From: an uncultured Spirochaetales bacterium
GTDB taxonomy: Bacteria > Myxococcota_A > UBA9160 > UBA6930
Reading direction: 5' to 3'
DNA length: 64,000 nt
Assembly (NCBI GenBank): GCA_964615365.1
Contig: CAZTOU010000006.1
Location: forward strand, 51,587-115,586
The notes under the pieces were generated by a model, which was given only the letters and a program-made list of their open reading frames with translations, did not search any database and was not told the DNA's origin. Made by a program: the position numbers and the translations under genes. This document shows positions 20,452 through 30,601 of the stretch, one piece after another (positions within the stretch are counted from its first letter, which is position 1; the number at the start of each line of letters is the position of its first letter).

Positions 20452-21695
20452 CAGTGGAAGATCTCCGTAACCTTGCGGATCCCTTCGGCGAGTCGAGCCA
20501 GGTCATTCCGGTCATTGTAGAGACCGAGCGAGGCGCGGGCGGTGGCGGGCAGCCCAAGGCGGTCCATGAGCGGCTGCGCGCAGTGATGACCCGCGCGTAT
20601 CGCGATGCCCTCTCCGTCGAGGATCGTACCGATGTCGTGAGGATGGACACCCTCGACGACGAAGGAGAGCACCCCTGTCTTTTCGCGCGCCGTTCCGATC
20701 AGCCGGACGCTCGGGATCCGCGAGAGAAGCTCCGTTCCGTAGGCGAGGAGCGACTCCTCGTGGGCGGCGATCCGATCCAGGCCGATCTCCTTCACGTAGT
20801 CGATGGCCGCAGCGAGGCCGACCGCCCCGGCGATGTCGGGCGTTCCCGCCTCGAACTTGTAGGGGATCTCGTTGTAGGTGGTCTTCTCGAAGCTGACGGA
20901 GGAGATCATCTCGCCCCCTCCCTGGTACGGGGGCATGGCCTCCAGCAGCTCCGCACGGGCGTAGAGGGCGCCGATTCCGGTGGGGCCGTAGAGCTTGTGC
21001 CCCGAGAAGACGTAGAAGTCGCAGTCGAGCTCGCGCACGTCGACGGAGCGGCGCGGAACCGCCTGGGCGCCGTCCACCAGCACCGGAACCCCGCGAGCGT
21101 GCGCGATCTCGACGATCCGGCGCACCGGGTTGACGGTTCCGAGCACGTTCGAGACGTGAGCGACGGCCACGAGTCGTGTCCGCGGCCCGATCGTGGCCTC
21201 GAGCTCATCCATCAACAGCTCCCCGGCGTCGCTGATGGGAGCGACCCGAAGCCGAGCTCCGGTTTCTTCGCAGACGATCTGCCAGGGGACGATGTTCGCG
21301 TGGTGCTCCATGCAGGTGATCAGGATCTCGTCGCCCGCGCGGAGCTGTCGGCGGCCGTAGCTCTGGGCGACCAAGTTGATCGCCTCGGTGGCGTTCCGGG
21401 TGAATACGATCTCGCGGGGCTCCGCCGCGTGGAGCAGCTCCTGGACCTTTCCCCGCGCCTCCTCGTGGAGCCGGGTCGTCGTCTCGGAGAGCTCGTAGAG
21501 CCCTCGGTGGATGTTCGCGTAGTGGTTCGAGTACAGGTCCGCGATCGCGTCCAGCACGGCCTGCGGCTTCTGCGCGCTCGCCGCACTGTCCAGATAGACC
21601 AGGGGTCGGCCGCGCATCGTCCGGCTCAGGATCGGGAAGTCCTTGCGGATCCTCTCCACCTCGAACCCGCCCAGGGTCGCGGTGGCGGCGCTCAC
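20451..21695 (-). CDS. sufS: cysteine desulfurase, SufS type
   Basis: The GTG at 21695 overlaps the sufD stop (GTGA). Motifs: YLDSAASAQKP, HHANIVPW, SGHKLYGPTGIGALY (PLP lysine), RAGHHCAQPL (catalytic Cys). Confidence 0.95.
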   Translation of the reverse strand: MSAATATLGGFEVERIRKDFPILSRTMRGRPLVYLDSAASAQKPQAVLDAIADLYSNHYANIHRGLYELSETTTRLHEEARGKVQELLHAAEPREIVFTRNATEAINLVAQSYGRRQLRAGDEILITCMEHHANIVPWQIVCEETGARLRVAPISDAGELLMDELEATIGPRTRLVAVAHVSNVLGTVNPVRRIVEIAHARGVPVLVDGAQAVPRRSVDVRELDCDFYVFSGHKLYGPTGIGALYARAELLEAMPPYQGGGEMISSVSFEKTTYNEIPYKFEAGTPDIAGAVGLAAAIDYVKEIGLDRIAAHEESLLAYGTELLSRIPSVRLIGTAREKTGVLSFVVEGVHPHDIGTILDGEGIAIRAGHHCAQPLMDRLGLPATARASLGLYNDRNDLARLAEGIRKVTEIFH

Positions 21696-23019
21696 GATCC
21701 GACCCCCGCATCCCGCAGACGCTCCTCGAGCAGATCGAGCGCGACGTCGCGCAGAGCGGGCGCCGGAAGCTGTTCGAGAACCTCGACCGCGAAGCCGCGG
21801 GTGAGCACGAGCCGCGCTCTTTCCTGATCGATGCCGCGGGAGCGCAGGTAGAAGAGCGCATCCGCGTCCAGTCGCCCGATGGCGGAGCCGTGGCTGCACT
21901 TGACGTCGTCGGCGTGGATCTCGAGCTGGGGCTTGCTGTTGACATCGGCGCCGTCCGTCACCAGCAGATTCGGATTCGACTGCACCGCGTCGGTCTTCTG
22001 CGCGTCGGGGCGGACGACGATCCGGCCGCGGAACACGCCCTTGGACTTTCCGCACAGAATCCCCTTGTAGAGCTGACGGCTCGACCCGTGGGGCACGGCG
22101 TGATCGACGACCGTGTGGTTGTCGATCCGCTGGTCCCCCCGCCCCAGGAAGACCCCGTTCACGACGCACTCCGCACCCTCGTCGGCGAGCAGGGCGCGGA
22201 GATCATTCCTCACCAGGGATCCTCCCAGTGTGACCGTATGCGTCTTCAACCGGCTGCTGCGCTCCTGCCGGGAGGTGAGGTTCGAGACGTGGTGGGTGAG
22301 ATCGCTCTCGCGCTGCAGGACCACCAGGTCGAGATCGGAGTTGGCGTGGGTCACGACCTCGCTGACGCTGTTGGTGAAGTGGCATCCCTCGCCCACCGAG
22401 ACGTGGTCCTGGATCACTACCGCGCGGCTGTCCTCCTCGGCGACCACCAACACCCGGGGCTGCGAGAGCGTTACCCCCTCCCCATTCGAGATGAATACCA
22501 GGTGCACCGGGTTCTCGAGCCGTGCGCCTCTGGGGATCGTCACCACCGCGCCGTCGTCGAGGAACGCGGAGTTCAAGGCCGCGAAGGCGTGCTGCTTCGG
22601 GTCGGTGTGGCGGCCCAGATGGCGCTCCAGTACGGCCGGATCCTCGCCGCGGAGCCGGGCGAGACTCTCGACCCGCAGCTCCCCGGAGAGAACCCGCGAC
22701 GCCGAGAGCTCGGGCCGGAGGTACCCGTTCACGAAGACGAAGAGGCTGCAGGCGAAGACCGGAAAGGAGATTGCCTCCACCACCTCCCGGGGGATCGGCG
22801 CGTGCTCCCGTCCGGCGAGCCGGAAATCCGTCGCCGCGATCGGCCCGACGTTGGTGTAGCGCCACTCCTCCAGGCGGGTGCTGGGGAAGCCGAGCGCGGC
22901 GAAGTGGCTGCGCCCCTCCTCGCGGAGCCGCTGCAGGTGCGGGGACCCGGCTTCTCCGACGCTCCGGTCGAATGCGGAGGTCTGGGCCAGGAGGCGGTCG
23001 CGGGCGAGGTCCAGCTCAC

Positions 23020-23023
<4 letters not shown>
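21692..23023 (-). CDS. sufD: Fe-S cluster assembly protein SufD
   Basis: 443 aa. C-terminal SufBD beta-helix region: LLVTDGADVNSKPQLEIHADDVKCSHGSAIGRLD...LFYLRSRGI. Confidence 0.9.
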
Positions 23024-23793
<770 letters not shown>

Positions 23794-23809
23794 GATTCTC
23801 TCCTCGTTC

Positions 23810-25247
<1,438 letters not shown>

Positions 25248-25264
<17 letters not shown>

Positions 25265-25706
25265 GACTCTCTCCGGTGTCCAGGTAGATGAAATCTTCCT
25301 GCGGAGAGCCGACCAGCTCCCGCAGCGTCACGCGCTTCAGCATCTCGAGGATGGACTGGTGGATCCGTTGCCACGGGTCCCGCACCGGGCATGCGGTCTC
25401 CTGGTCGCAGTGACCGGGGCCGGCGCTGCATTCCATGAGCGCGATCGGTCCTTCGAGCGCGACGATGATCTCGGCGACCGTGAGCTCCTCGGGTCGACGC
25501 GCGAGCGTGTAGCCTCCCTTGGCGCCGCGCTGTGAGGTGAGCAGTCCTCCCTGGGCCAGGGACTTCAAGATCTTGCTCACCACCGGGAGCGGCAGGGAGG
25601 TCGCCTCGGCCATGCTCCGGGCATTCCGGCTGCCCGGGTTCTCGCCGTTGGCGAGCTGGACGAGCAGGACGATCCCGTAATCCGTCAGCTTGGTGATGCG
25701 AAGCAT
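25248..25706 (-). CDS. Rrf2-family (IscR-like) transcriptional regulator heading the suf operon
   Basis: [15 protein letters not shown]...[27 protein letters not shown] winged HTH. Cys cluster [14 protein letters not shown] (CX6CX5C). Overlaps the sufB start by 17 nt. Confidence 0.9.
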
Positions 25707-25735
25707 GGGCCCCTCTCGGCGAATCCCGCGCGCGA

Positions 25736-25764
25736 ACCATATCGGACCGATCCGGTACTGTAAA
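25736..25764 (-). promoter_or_regulatory. candidate sigma70-type promoter of the Rrf2-suf operon
   Basis: The minus strand reads TTTACA, then 17 nt, then TATGGT, about 30 nt upstream of the Rrf2 ATG. It sits in an unusually AT-rich patch (ATCCTATATTTACAGTACCGGAT) with inverted ATCC...GGAT ends that could also be the Rrf2 operator. Confidence 0.4.
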
Positions 25765-26041
25765 TATAGGATCGATTCGGTTCTGATTAAAGGGGAAATC
25801 CCCGCGGGGAGGCGGAATCCTCCAGCGGGAACGTTAGGCTCGGACCGCTCGCGCCGACGCCGCCGGGGCGGCGCATCCTGTCATGGTCCCCGGAGATGCT
25901 CAGACAGGACGGGCCATCCGGAAGAGGATCAGGTCGCTCGCGACGCGCTCCCAGCGCCAGAGGTCGAGATCGCCGTGCTGCGCCGCCATCTCGTTTACCA
26001 ACCCGTCGGACCTCCAGCACAGTACCTCTGCAGAAACGAGT

Positions 26042-26155
26042 GCCACCCAAGCGCCAGAAACGAGTGCGAAACGAGTGCCCAGAAACGAGTGCCACCCAAG
26101 CGCGCCCAGAAACGAGTGCCAGAAACGAGTGCCACCCAAGCGCGAAGTTCCTACC
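26042..26155. repeat. tandem array of 6 short direct repeats (core CAGAAACGAGTGC; 3 copies extended by CACCCAAGCGC)
   Basis: Read directly. Units lie at 26042-26065, 26066-26078, 26079-26090, 26091-26116, 26118-26130 and 26131-26155. The reverse complement resembles the array at 27367-27441. Confidence 0.85.
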
Positions 26156-26340
26156 GCGAGAACGAGAGATTCGAACGTGTTGGAGAGCCATCACTTGGGG
26201 GATTTGACCTTCGACGGATCTCGCTGGGCATGCAGGAATGCCGGAGGTGAGCGAAGACCGGCCTGGCAGACGACCAAACGAACCACTGAGAGGTCGCGTG
26301 GCGTAGGCTCCCGCGCGGGGACGCTGGATCTCTGAAGCGG

Positions 26341-27276
26341 CTATGCGCCATCCGCCAGGGCGGGCCGTACCAGTGCCCCTCCCGGTGGGAAGGACCAGTC
26401 TGGGAAGGCGATCGAGACACCCTCCCGGAGGCGCGTGGAGGCCTCCCGGTAGAGATCCGCGAAGGCGCGGAAGGCCTGACGAAAAGCCGCGCGCAAGGCC
26501 GGGGCCGCGGCATGACACAGCGGGCGCGGCCCACGCTTCGGCTGGCGCGGAGCCGCGTGCCAGCTCTGCGACAGAATCCGCGAAGCTCCGAGGGGCCGAA
26601 GGCCTGCCTGGCGCCGCTCGTTAGCCAGCTTCGCCTCCCGAGCCTCGATGCCCACGATCAGCCGTGCGTCCCCAGATCCGCCCCTTTCGGTGAGGAGCGG
26701 ATCGATGACGAGATTCGATTCCACCCGGAAAGCCTCTCTTCCGGGAGGTGCCTCGCCCCGGCATCGAGCCCGTGCCCTCTCTCGCCGCTCCTGGTCCCGG
26801 TCGGTCCACGAGACGGGAATCCCCTCCTGGCGCGAGCCGCGGGCGAAGAGCACGACGCCGGGCCACTGGTCGGTCCGGCTACAGAGCCCCGCCGCGACGG
26901 GGTTGGTGACCGTGTAGACGAGGCGATCGACGAGGGCCTCGTCATCCAGGATGGGCTCCGCCGAGTAGCGTCGCTCGAAGCAGGCTCCGGTGCGTCCTCG
27001 GAGTTGATTGACGGCTCGGGCGAGGTTGCCGAGGAAGTAGCTGGCCCAGGCAGCGAGCTGACCTTTCCGATCGTGCACGACGAGATGGAGGTGATTCGAA
27101 AGGACACAGGCGGCGAGGATGCGGAGTTTGGGGAACTGGTGCTGGGCGCGGGTCAACCACTCGAGGACGGCGAGGTTGAGTTTCGTGTCGGGACGGAGGA
27201 AGAAGCGGGCCTGGTGGCAGCGGGAGGTGATCAGGTAGTACTGGCCGGGGGCTTGTCTTCGGAGGGGTCGTCCCAT
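26341..27276 (-). CDS. IS200/IS605-family Y1 (HUH) transposase, RAYT-like, with about 150-aa C-terminal extension
   Basis: The ATG at 27276 gives MGRPLRRQAPGQYYLITSRCH. HUH motif SNHLHLVV; catalytic-Tyr motif RLVYTVTNPVAAGL (YxxxNPVxAGL). The upstream part of track ORF 26341..27438 is just translated repeat (MGATHPSVH twice). Confidence 0.8.
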   Translation of the reverse strand: MGRPLRRQAPGQYYLITSRCHQARFFLRPDTKLNLAVLEWLTRAQHQFPKLRILAACVLSNHLHLVVHDRKGQLAAWASYFLGNLARAVNQLRGRTGACFERRYSAEPILDDEALVDRLVYTVTNPVAAGLCSRTDQWPGVVLFARGSRQEGIPVSWTDRDQERRERARARCRGEAPPGREAFRVESNLVIDPLLTERGGSGDARLIVGIEAREAKLANERRQAGLRPLGASRILSQSWHAAPRQPKRGPRPLCHAAAPALRAAFRQAFRAFADLYREASTRLREGVSIAFPDWSFPPGGALVRPALADGA

Positions 27277-27366
27277 GGGAGTGGGAGAGAGCAAGACCTG
27301 TGCCGGCTCTTGAGGCACCTCGTTCGTCGAGAGACCCGGTTGTGATCTCCCGTTCACGTCCTTCCT

Positions 27367-27441
27367 GTGAACGGACGGGTGGGTGGCACCCATTCTGGCA
27401 CCCATTCTGCAGTGAACGGACGGGTGGGTGGCACCCATTCT
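27367..27441. repeat. tandem repeat array (core GGCACCCATTCT x3; two copies carry the 5' extension GTGAACGGACGGGTGGGT)
   Basis: Units at 27367-27396, 27397-27408 and 27412-27441. The long units contain the small hairpin GGGTG-GGTGG-CACCC. The array is an inverted, imperfect match to 26042-26155. Confidence 0.85.
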
Positions 27442-27529
27442 CGGCTCGAGCTGCGCGAGCTCCTGGTGTGGGCGGACTTCGTCTTCTCCGGCGTCCTCTA
27501 GGCGATCTGCTCACGCACAGGGGAAGCCC

Positions 27530-28486
27530 TCATCGCCACAAGCGCGGAGGACTGGGCGGCGCCGCACAGTTGTCATCGCCGCAGGGGTCGGGCGGTGAGG
27601 GGCGGCTCGGCGTCCTGGGCTCCGGCCTCGGAGGCTCCGGCTCGTGGAAGGGAGTGCCGTCGATGCAGACGGCACCCAGGCCACAGCCGCCCTCGTGTAG
27701 CGACATGCCCGGTCCTTCCAGCTCGAACGGCGCTTCGGGCGACGCGGCCACCGGCGGCAGGTCCAGATCGGCCATGTCCTTGCCTGCGATCTTCTCGGTC
27801 ACGTCCGGCTCTCGGTCGGCGCGGGCGATCCAGATCGGTATCGCGTGGAGATCGTTCATGCAGTCCGCCCGCCCGGCGACGTCCTGCAGCTCGAGGCGTC
27901 GCGGCTCATCGGCAATCCCATCCTTGTGGACGGTGACCTTCTCGCCAGCGTTGAGCATGATGGAGCGGCTGCGCGTCGGGTCGCTGGTCTGGGTCCGAAT
28001 CTCGACCTTTCCTTTCTCCAACGCGAAGGTGGAGTCACCGGTCACCGGATCCACGTCTACCGAAACGATGGTGCCCAGGATTGCTGCGATCGCCACGGGT
28101 GTGTGGATCTCGAGCGGCTCGCTGGCGACACGGGGCCCCACCAGCGCCCGGGTGGATCCCTCCATGACATCCACGATGGTGGCGCCGCGTGCTTTCTCAT
28201 AGCGCAGACGAACGGCAGCCTCGCCGCAGAACTGCACCAGCGAACGTCTGTCGACGAGCAACGAGCAGGCCGCATCGGGGCCGGTCACGATGCTCTCCCC
28301 TTCGGTTACCGTGCTGGCGATCTCCGCGGGATTCGCACCGACAGAGGTGTCACCCTTCACCGAAGTGACGGTTCCCGAGATTTCGGCCTCGGCCGGGCCG
28401 CTCATGGCGAGAGCGCCTACCGCGATGATTATCGTCATGGCGAGGGAAATCCGGCGTCCCATCTTCCATCGAATTCGCTGCTTCAT
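27530..28486 (-). CDS. secreted FecR-domain protein, with no adjacent ECF sigma factor
   Basis: Signal peptide MGRRISLAMTIIIAVGALAMSGPAEA. FecR-like core: GESIVTGPDAACSLLVDRRSLVQF...EIHTPVAIAAILGTIVSVDVD...LEKGKVEI. C-terminal tail is Pro-rich and contains Cys. Confidence 0.7.
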   Translation of the reverse strand: MKQRIRWKMGRRISLAMTIIIAVGALAMSGPAEAEISGTVTSVKGDTSVGANPAEIASTVTEGESIVTGPDAACSLLVDRRSLVQFCGEAAVRLRYEKARGATIVDVMEGSTRALVGPRVASEPLEIHTPVAIAAILGTIVSVDVDPVTGDSTFALEKGKVEIRTQTSDPTRSRSIMLNAGEKVTVHKDGIADEPRRLELQDVAGRADCMNDLHAIPIWIARADREPDVTEKIAGKDMADLDLPPVAASPEAPFELEGPGMSLHEGGCGLGAVCIDGTPFHEPEPPRPEPRTPSRPSPPDPCGDDNCAAPPSPPRLWR

Positions 28487-28938
28487 TGCTACTCTCCCTC
28501 TCTCATCCCCGGATCAGAACCGGTCGTTGGCGAAGGCCGCGACACCAAGAACGCCGCCGCGGCGGCGAGTAAGCCCGCCCTGTTGCAGACTCCTGTACTC
28601 CTCGTTCCATCGCACGCTTCTCAATCTGGTGGCGATTCTAGGATGCGTAGGGGCGTCTGTGCTGTGAACCAGTTCTCACCCTCGAGCGATTCTTCCAGTT
28701 TCTCCATGTGCTCCCGATCCCCGCGGGTTGCGGTCCAGACCAGAGATCCTCCTCGTCGAAGAAGATCGGCACGACTGCGTCGTTCGCTTTCGCCCGGATC
28801 AGACGAACAACTGAAGATTCAACGACGTCCCTGGCAACTACCGCGAAGGAGCAAAGAACTCAACTGGGCTTCCGTATAGCTCTATCCAGGCGGTGCATTC
28901 GGTCGAGCTCATCGCGTGCGTCGATTGAACTAGGGACG

Positions 28939-29320
28939 ATGATAGACTGGACATCGCCGAGGTCGACACCCAGCACGAGCAGCTCGTGAATCTACTCGAC
29001 AAGCTGCACGAAGCGATGAGTGGTGGGAAGGGAAGAGAAGCTGTTCAGAGCACCTGGAAGGACTGGCAGACTACGCGGTCTACCATTTCGAGACCGAAGA
29101 GAACCTCTTCGACACATACAACTACCCCGCCGGTGCCCTCCACAAGGCACAGCATGCCGAATTCATCCAACGGGTTCGCGAGTTCAAGGAGAAGCTCGCA
29201 CGGGGAGAAGCCACGCTCTCGATCGAGGTGCTCAACTTCCTTTCTGGCTGGCTCACCAAACACGTTCGAGGCAGTGACTTCGAATTCGCACCGTTCTTGA
29301 AGAGCTGCGGCGCGCAGTAG
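28939..29320 (+). pseudogene. hemerythrin-like gene disrupted by frameshifts
   Basis: Three consecutive frames carry the pieces. MIDW begins at 28939. DIAEVDTQHEQLVNLLDKLHEAMSGGKGREAV begins at 28950. SEHLEGLADYAVYHFETEENLFDTYNYPAGALHKAQHAEFIQRVREFKEKLARGEATLSIEVLNFLSGWLTKHVRGSDFEFAPFLKSCGAQ* begins at about 29045 and ends at 29320. The last piece holds most of the His/Glu/Asp iron ligands but has no in-frame start codon. Confidence 0.75.
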
Positions 29321-29341
29321 CCCGCATTTCTCCCTGGTTCG

Positions 29342-30601
29342 TCAGAGATCGGCGTCGCAGAACCGCGCGAGCGGGGTGAGCACTCCGCGGTTGTCGTGGC
29401 ACCAGGAGAGAGGGGGGGCCTGCATGGTGCCGACGGGGCAGATCCGAGAGACGCCGAGCTGGCGAAGGGCGTCGGTCATCTCGCTTCGCTGATTCGCGAA
29501 GCCGCCGACTCCGACGCTGGCCAGGTGGCGCTTCACCGGGGTGAGGGCCTCCACCAGCCCGCCGAGTTCGGCGACCGGGTGGACCCGGACGAAGCGATGC
29601 AGGGGGGACGGCCGGAACCGGGCGTCGCCTTCCACCACCACCGTCCAGCGGGTCCCCGCACTCTGATGGAGGCGAATCGGCGCGCCGCCCGCGGCGCGCA
29701 TCTCCGCCTCCTCGCGTTCCCGCGCAATGTCTGCCGAGACCCCGGGAGGGATCCGGCCTCGCGGCCAGCGTTCCTCGAGATCGGCGAGCGCTTCCGCCAG
29801 CTCTGCGCCGAACCGAGCCGCTTCGTCCGGCTCGTGACCGGCGATGAAGATCGCCACCGGAGACAAACAGCCGAGCTGGTCCCATAGGGCGACGTCCTCG
29901 GCGACGCGCGCGGCGGAGTCGGCGGGCCGGTCCGGGGCGAGAGCTGTCACCGAGAGCCGGTGGCCGTAGCCGACCAGTCTTCGCGGCGGCTCGACCCGAG
30001 ACGCAACACTGGAGAGTGTCTGATCGGAGCCGCTGGCCACCACGCAATCGGCGGCGAGCAGGGAGTCGACGCGCTCGCGGTCGCTGCCGGGGAAGGCGAC
30101 GACCTCGATGCAGGCGCCGAGCTCCGGGTCCGCCGCGGCGACGGATCTCGCCACCAGCCGGGCTGTCACCGGATCGTGTGCGGAGGCCTTGGCGAGCACC
30201 GACGAGCGGAGCACCAGTGGAGCGAGGAGTCCGATCAGCGTCGGCGTGGGCAGCGCGCCCGCCAGCAGCACCGAGGTGACCTCGAATCCGGAGGCGGCCC
30301 TGATGCCGGTGCCCTCCAGGGCCTGGGTCCCTCCGAGCTCTCGGTCGACGAGCGATCGCAGGGCGTCTCCGGTCCAGCCCGCGAGTGCCCGGGCCATGCC
30401 GGCCTCCACCATCGCGGGCGAGAATCCGGTGGCGTCGGCGTACTCGGTGCGCAGAGCGCCTCGAACCTCCGAGTCGGGATCACGCCAGGTCTCGAGCACC
30501 GAGGCGAGGGCGGAGGTGGTCTCCCGCGCGGGGCGCCGGCGCAGTCGCAGGCTCGCACCGCGAAGTCGTTCCAGCGCCGCGCGGATCTCCTGGGCGCTCA
30601 T
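29342..30601 (-). CDS. LuxC-family acyl-CoA/acyl-protein reductase (aldehyde-forming)
   Basis: 419 aa. VLLAGALPTPTLIGLLAPLVLRSSVLAKASAHDP, CVVASGSDQTL, and the catalytic-Cys context VALWDQLGCLSPVAIFI resemble the LuxC family. The start overlaps the upstream stop (ATGA). Confidence 0.75.
   Translation of the reverse strand: MSAQEIRAALERLRGASLRLRRRPARETTSALASVLETWRDPDSEVRGALRTEYADATGFSPAMVEAGMARALAGWTGDALRSLVDRELGGTQALEGTGIRAASGFEVTSVLLAGALPTPTLIGLLAPLVLRSSVLAKASAHDPVTARLVARSVAAADPELGACIEVVAFPGSDRERVDSLLAADCVVASGSDQTLSSVASRVEPPRRLVGYGHRLSVTALAPDRPADSAARVAEDVALWDQLGCLSPVAIFIAGHEPDEAARFGAELAEALADLEERWPRGRIPPGVSADIAREREEAEMRAAGGAPIRLHQSAGTRWTVVVEGDARFRPSPLHRFVRVHPVAELGGLVEALTPVKRHLASVGVGGFANQRSEMTDALRQLGVSRICPVGTMQAPPLSWCHDNRGVLTPLARFCDADL

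Larger units (their letters stand above)
26042..27441 (-). mobile_element. RAYT-type (REP-associated tyrosine transposase-like) locus: Y1/HUH transposase gene bracketed by inverted repeat arrays
   Basis: The transposase CDS 26341..27276 is flanked by arrays whose shared core (TGGGTGGCAC followed by a C/T-rich tail ending CTG) is in opposite orientation on the two sides. Confidence 0.6.

Noticed and set aside
26042-26155. Tandem repeats considered as a CRISPR array.
   Set aside because: The units are 12-26 nt and directly abutting, with no unique spacers. No cas genes are present. The array mirrors a second array on the other side of a Y1 transposase.
26170-26190. A tRNA T-loop-like GATTCGAAC here, and GGTTCGAATCC inside sufU at about 20365-20375.
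   Set aside because: The flanking bases cannot form a 5-bp T-stem or an acceptor stem. The second site lies inside a well-supported CDS.
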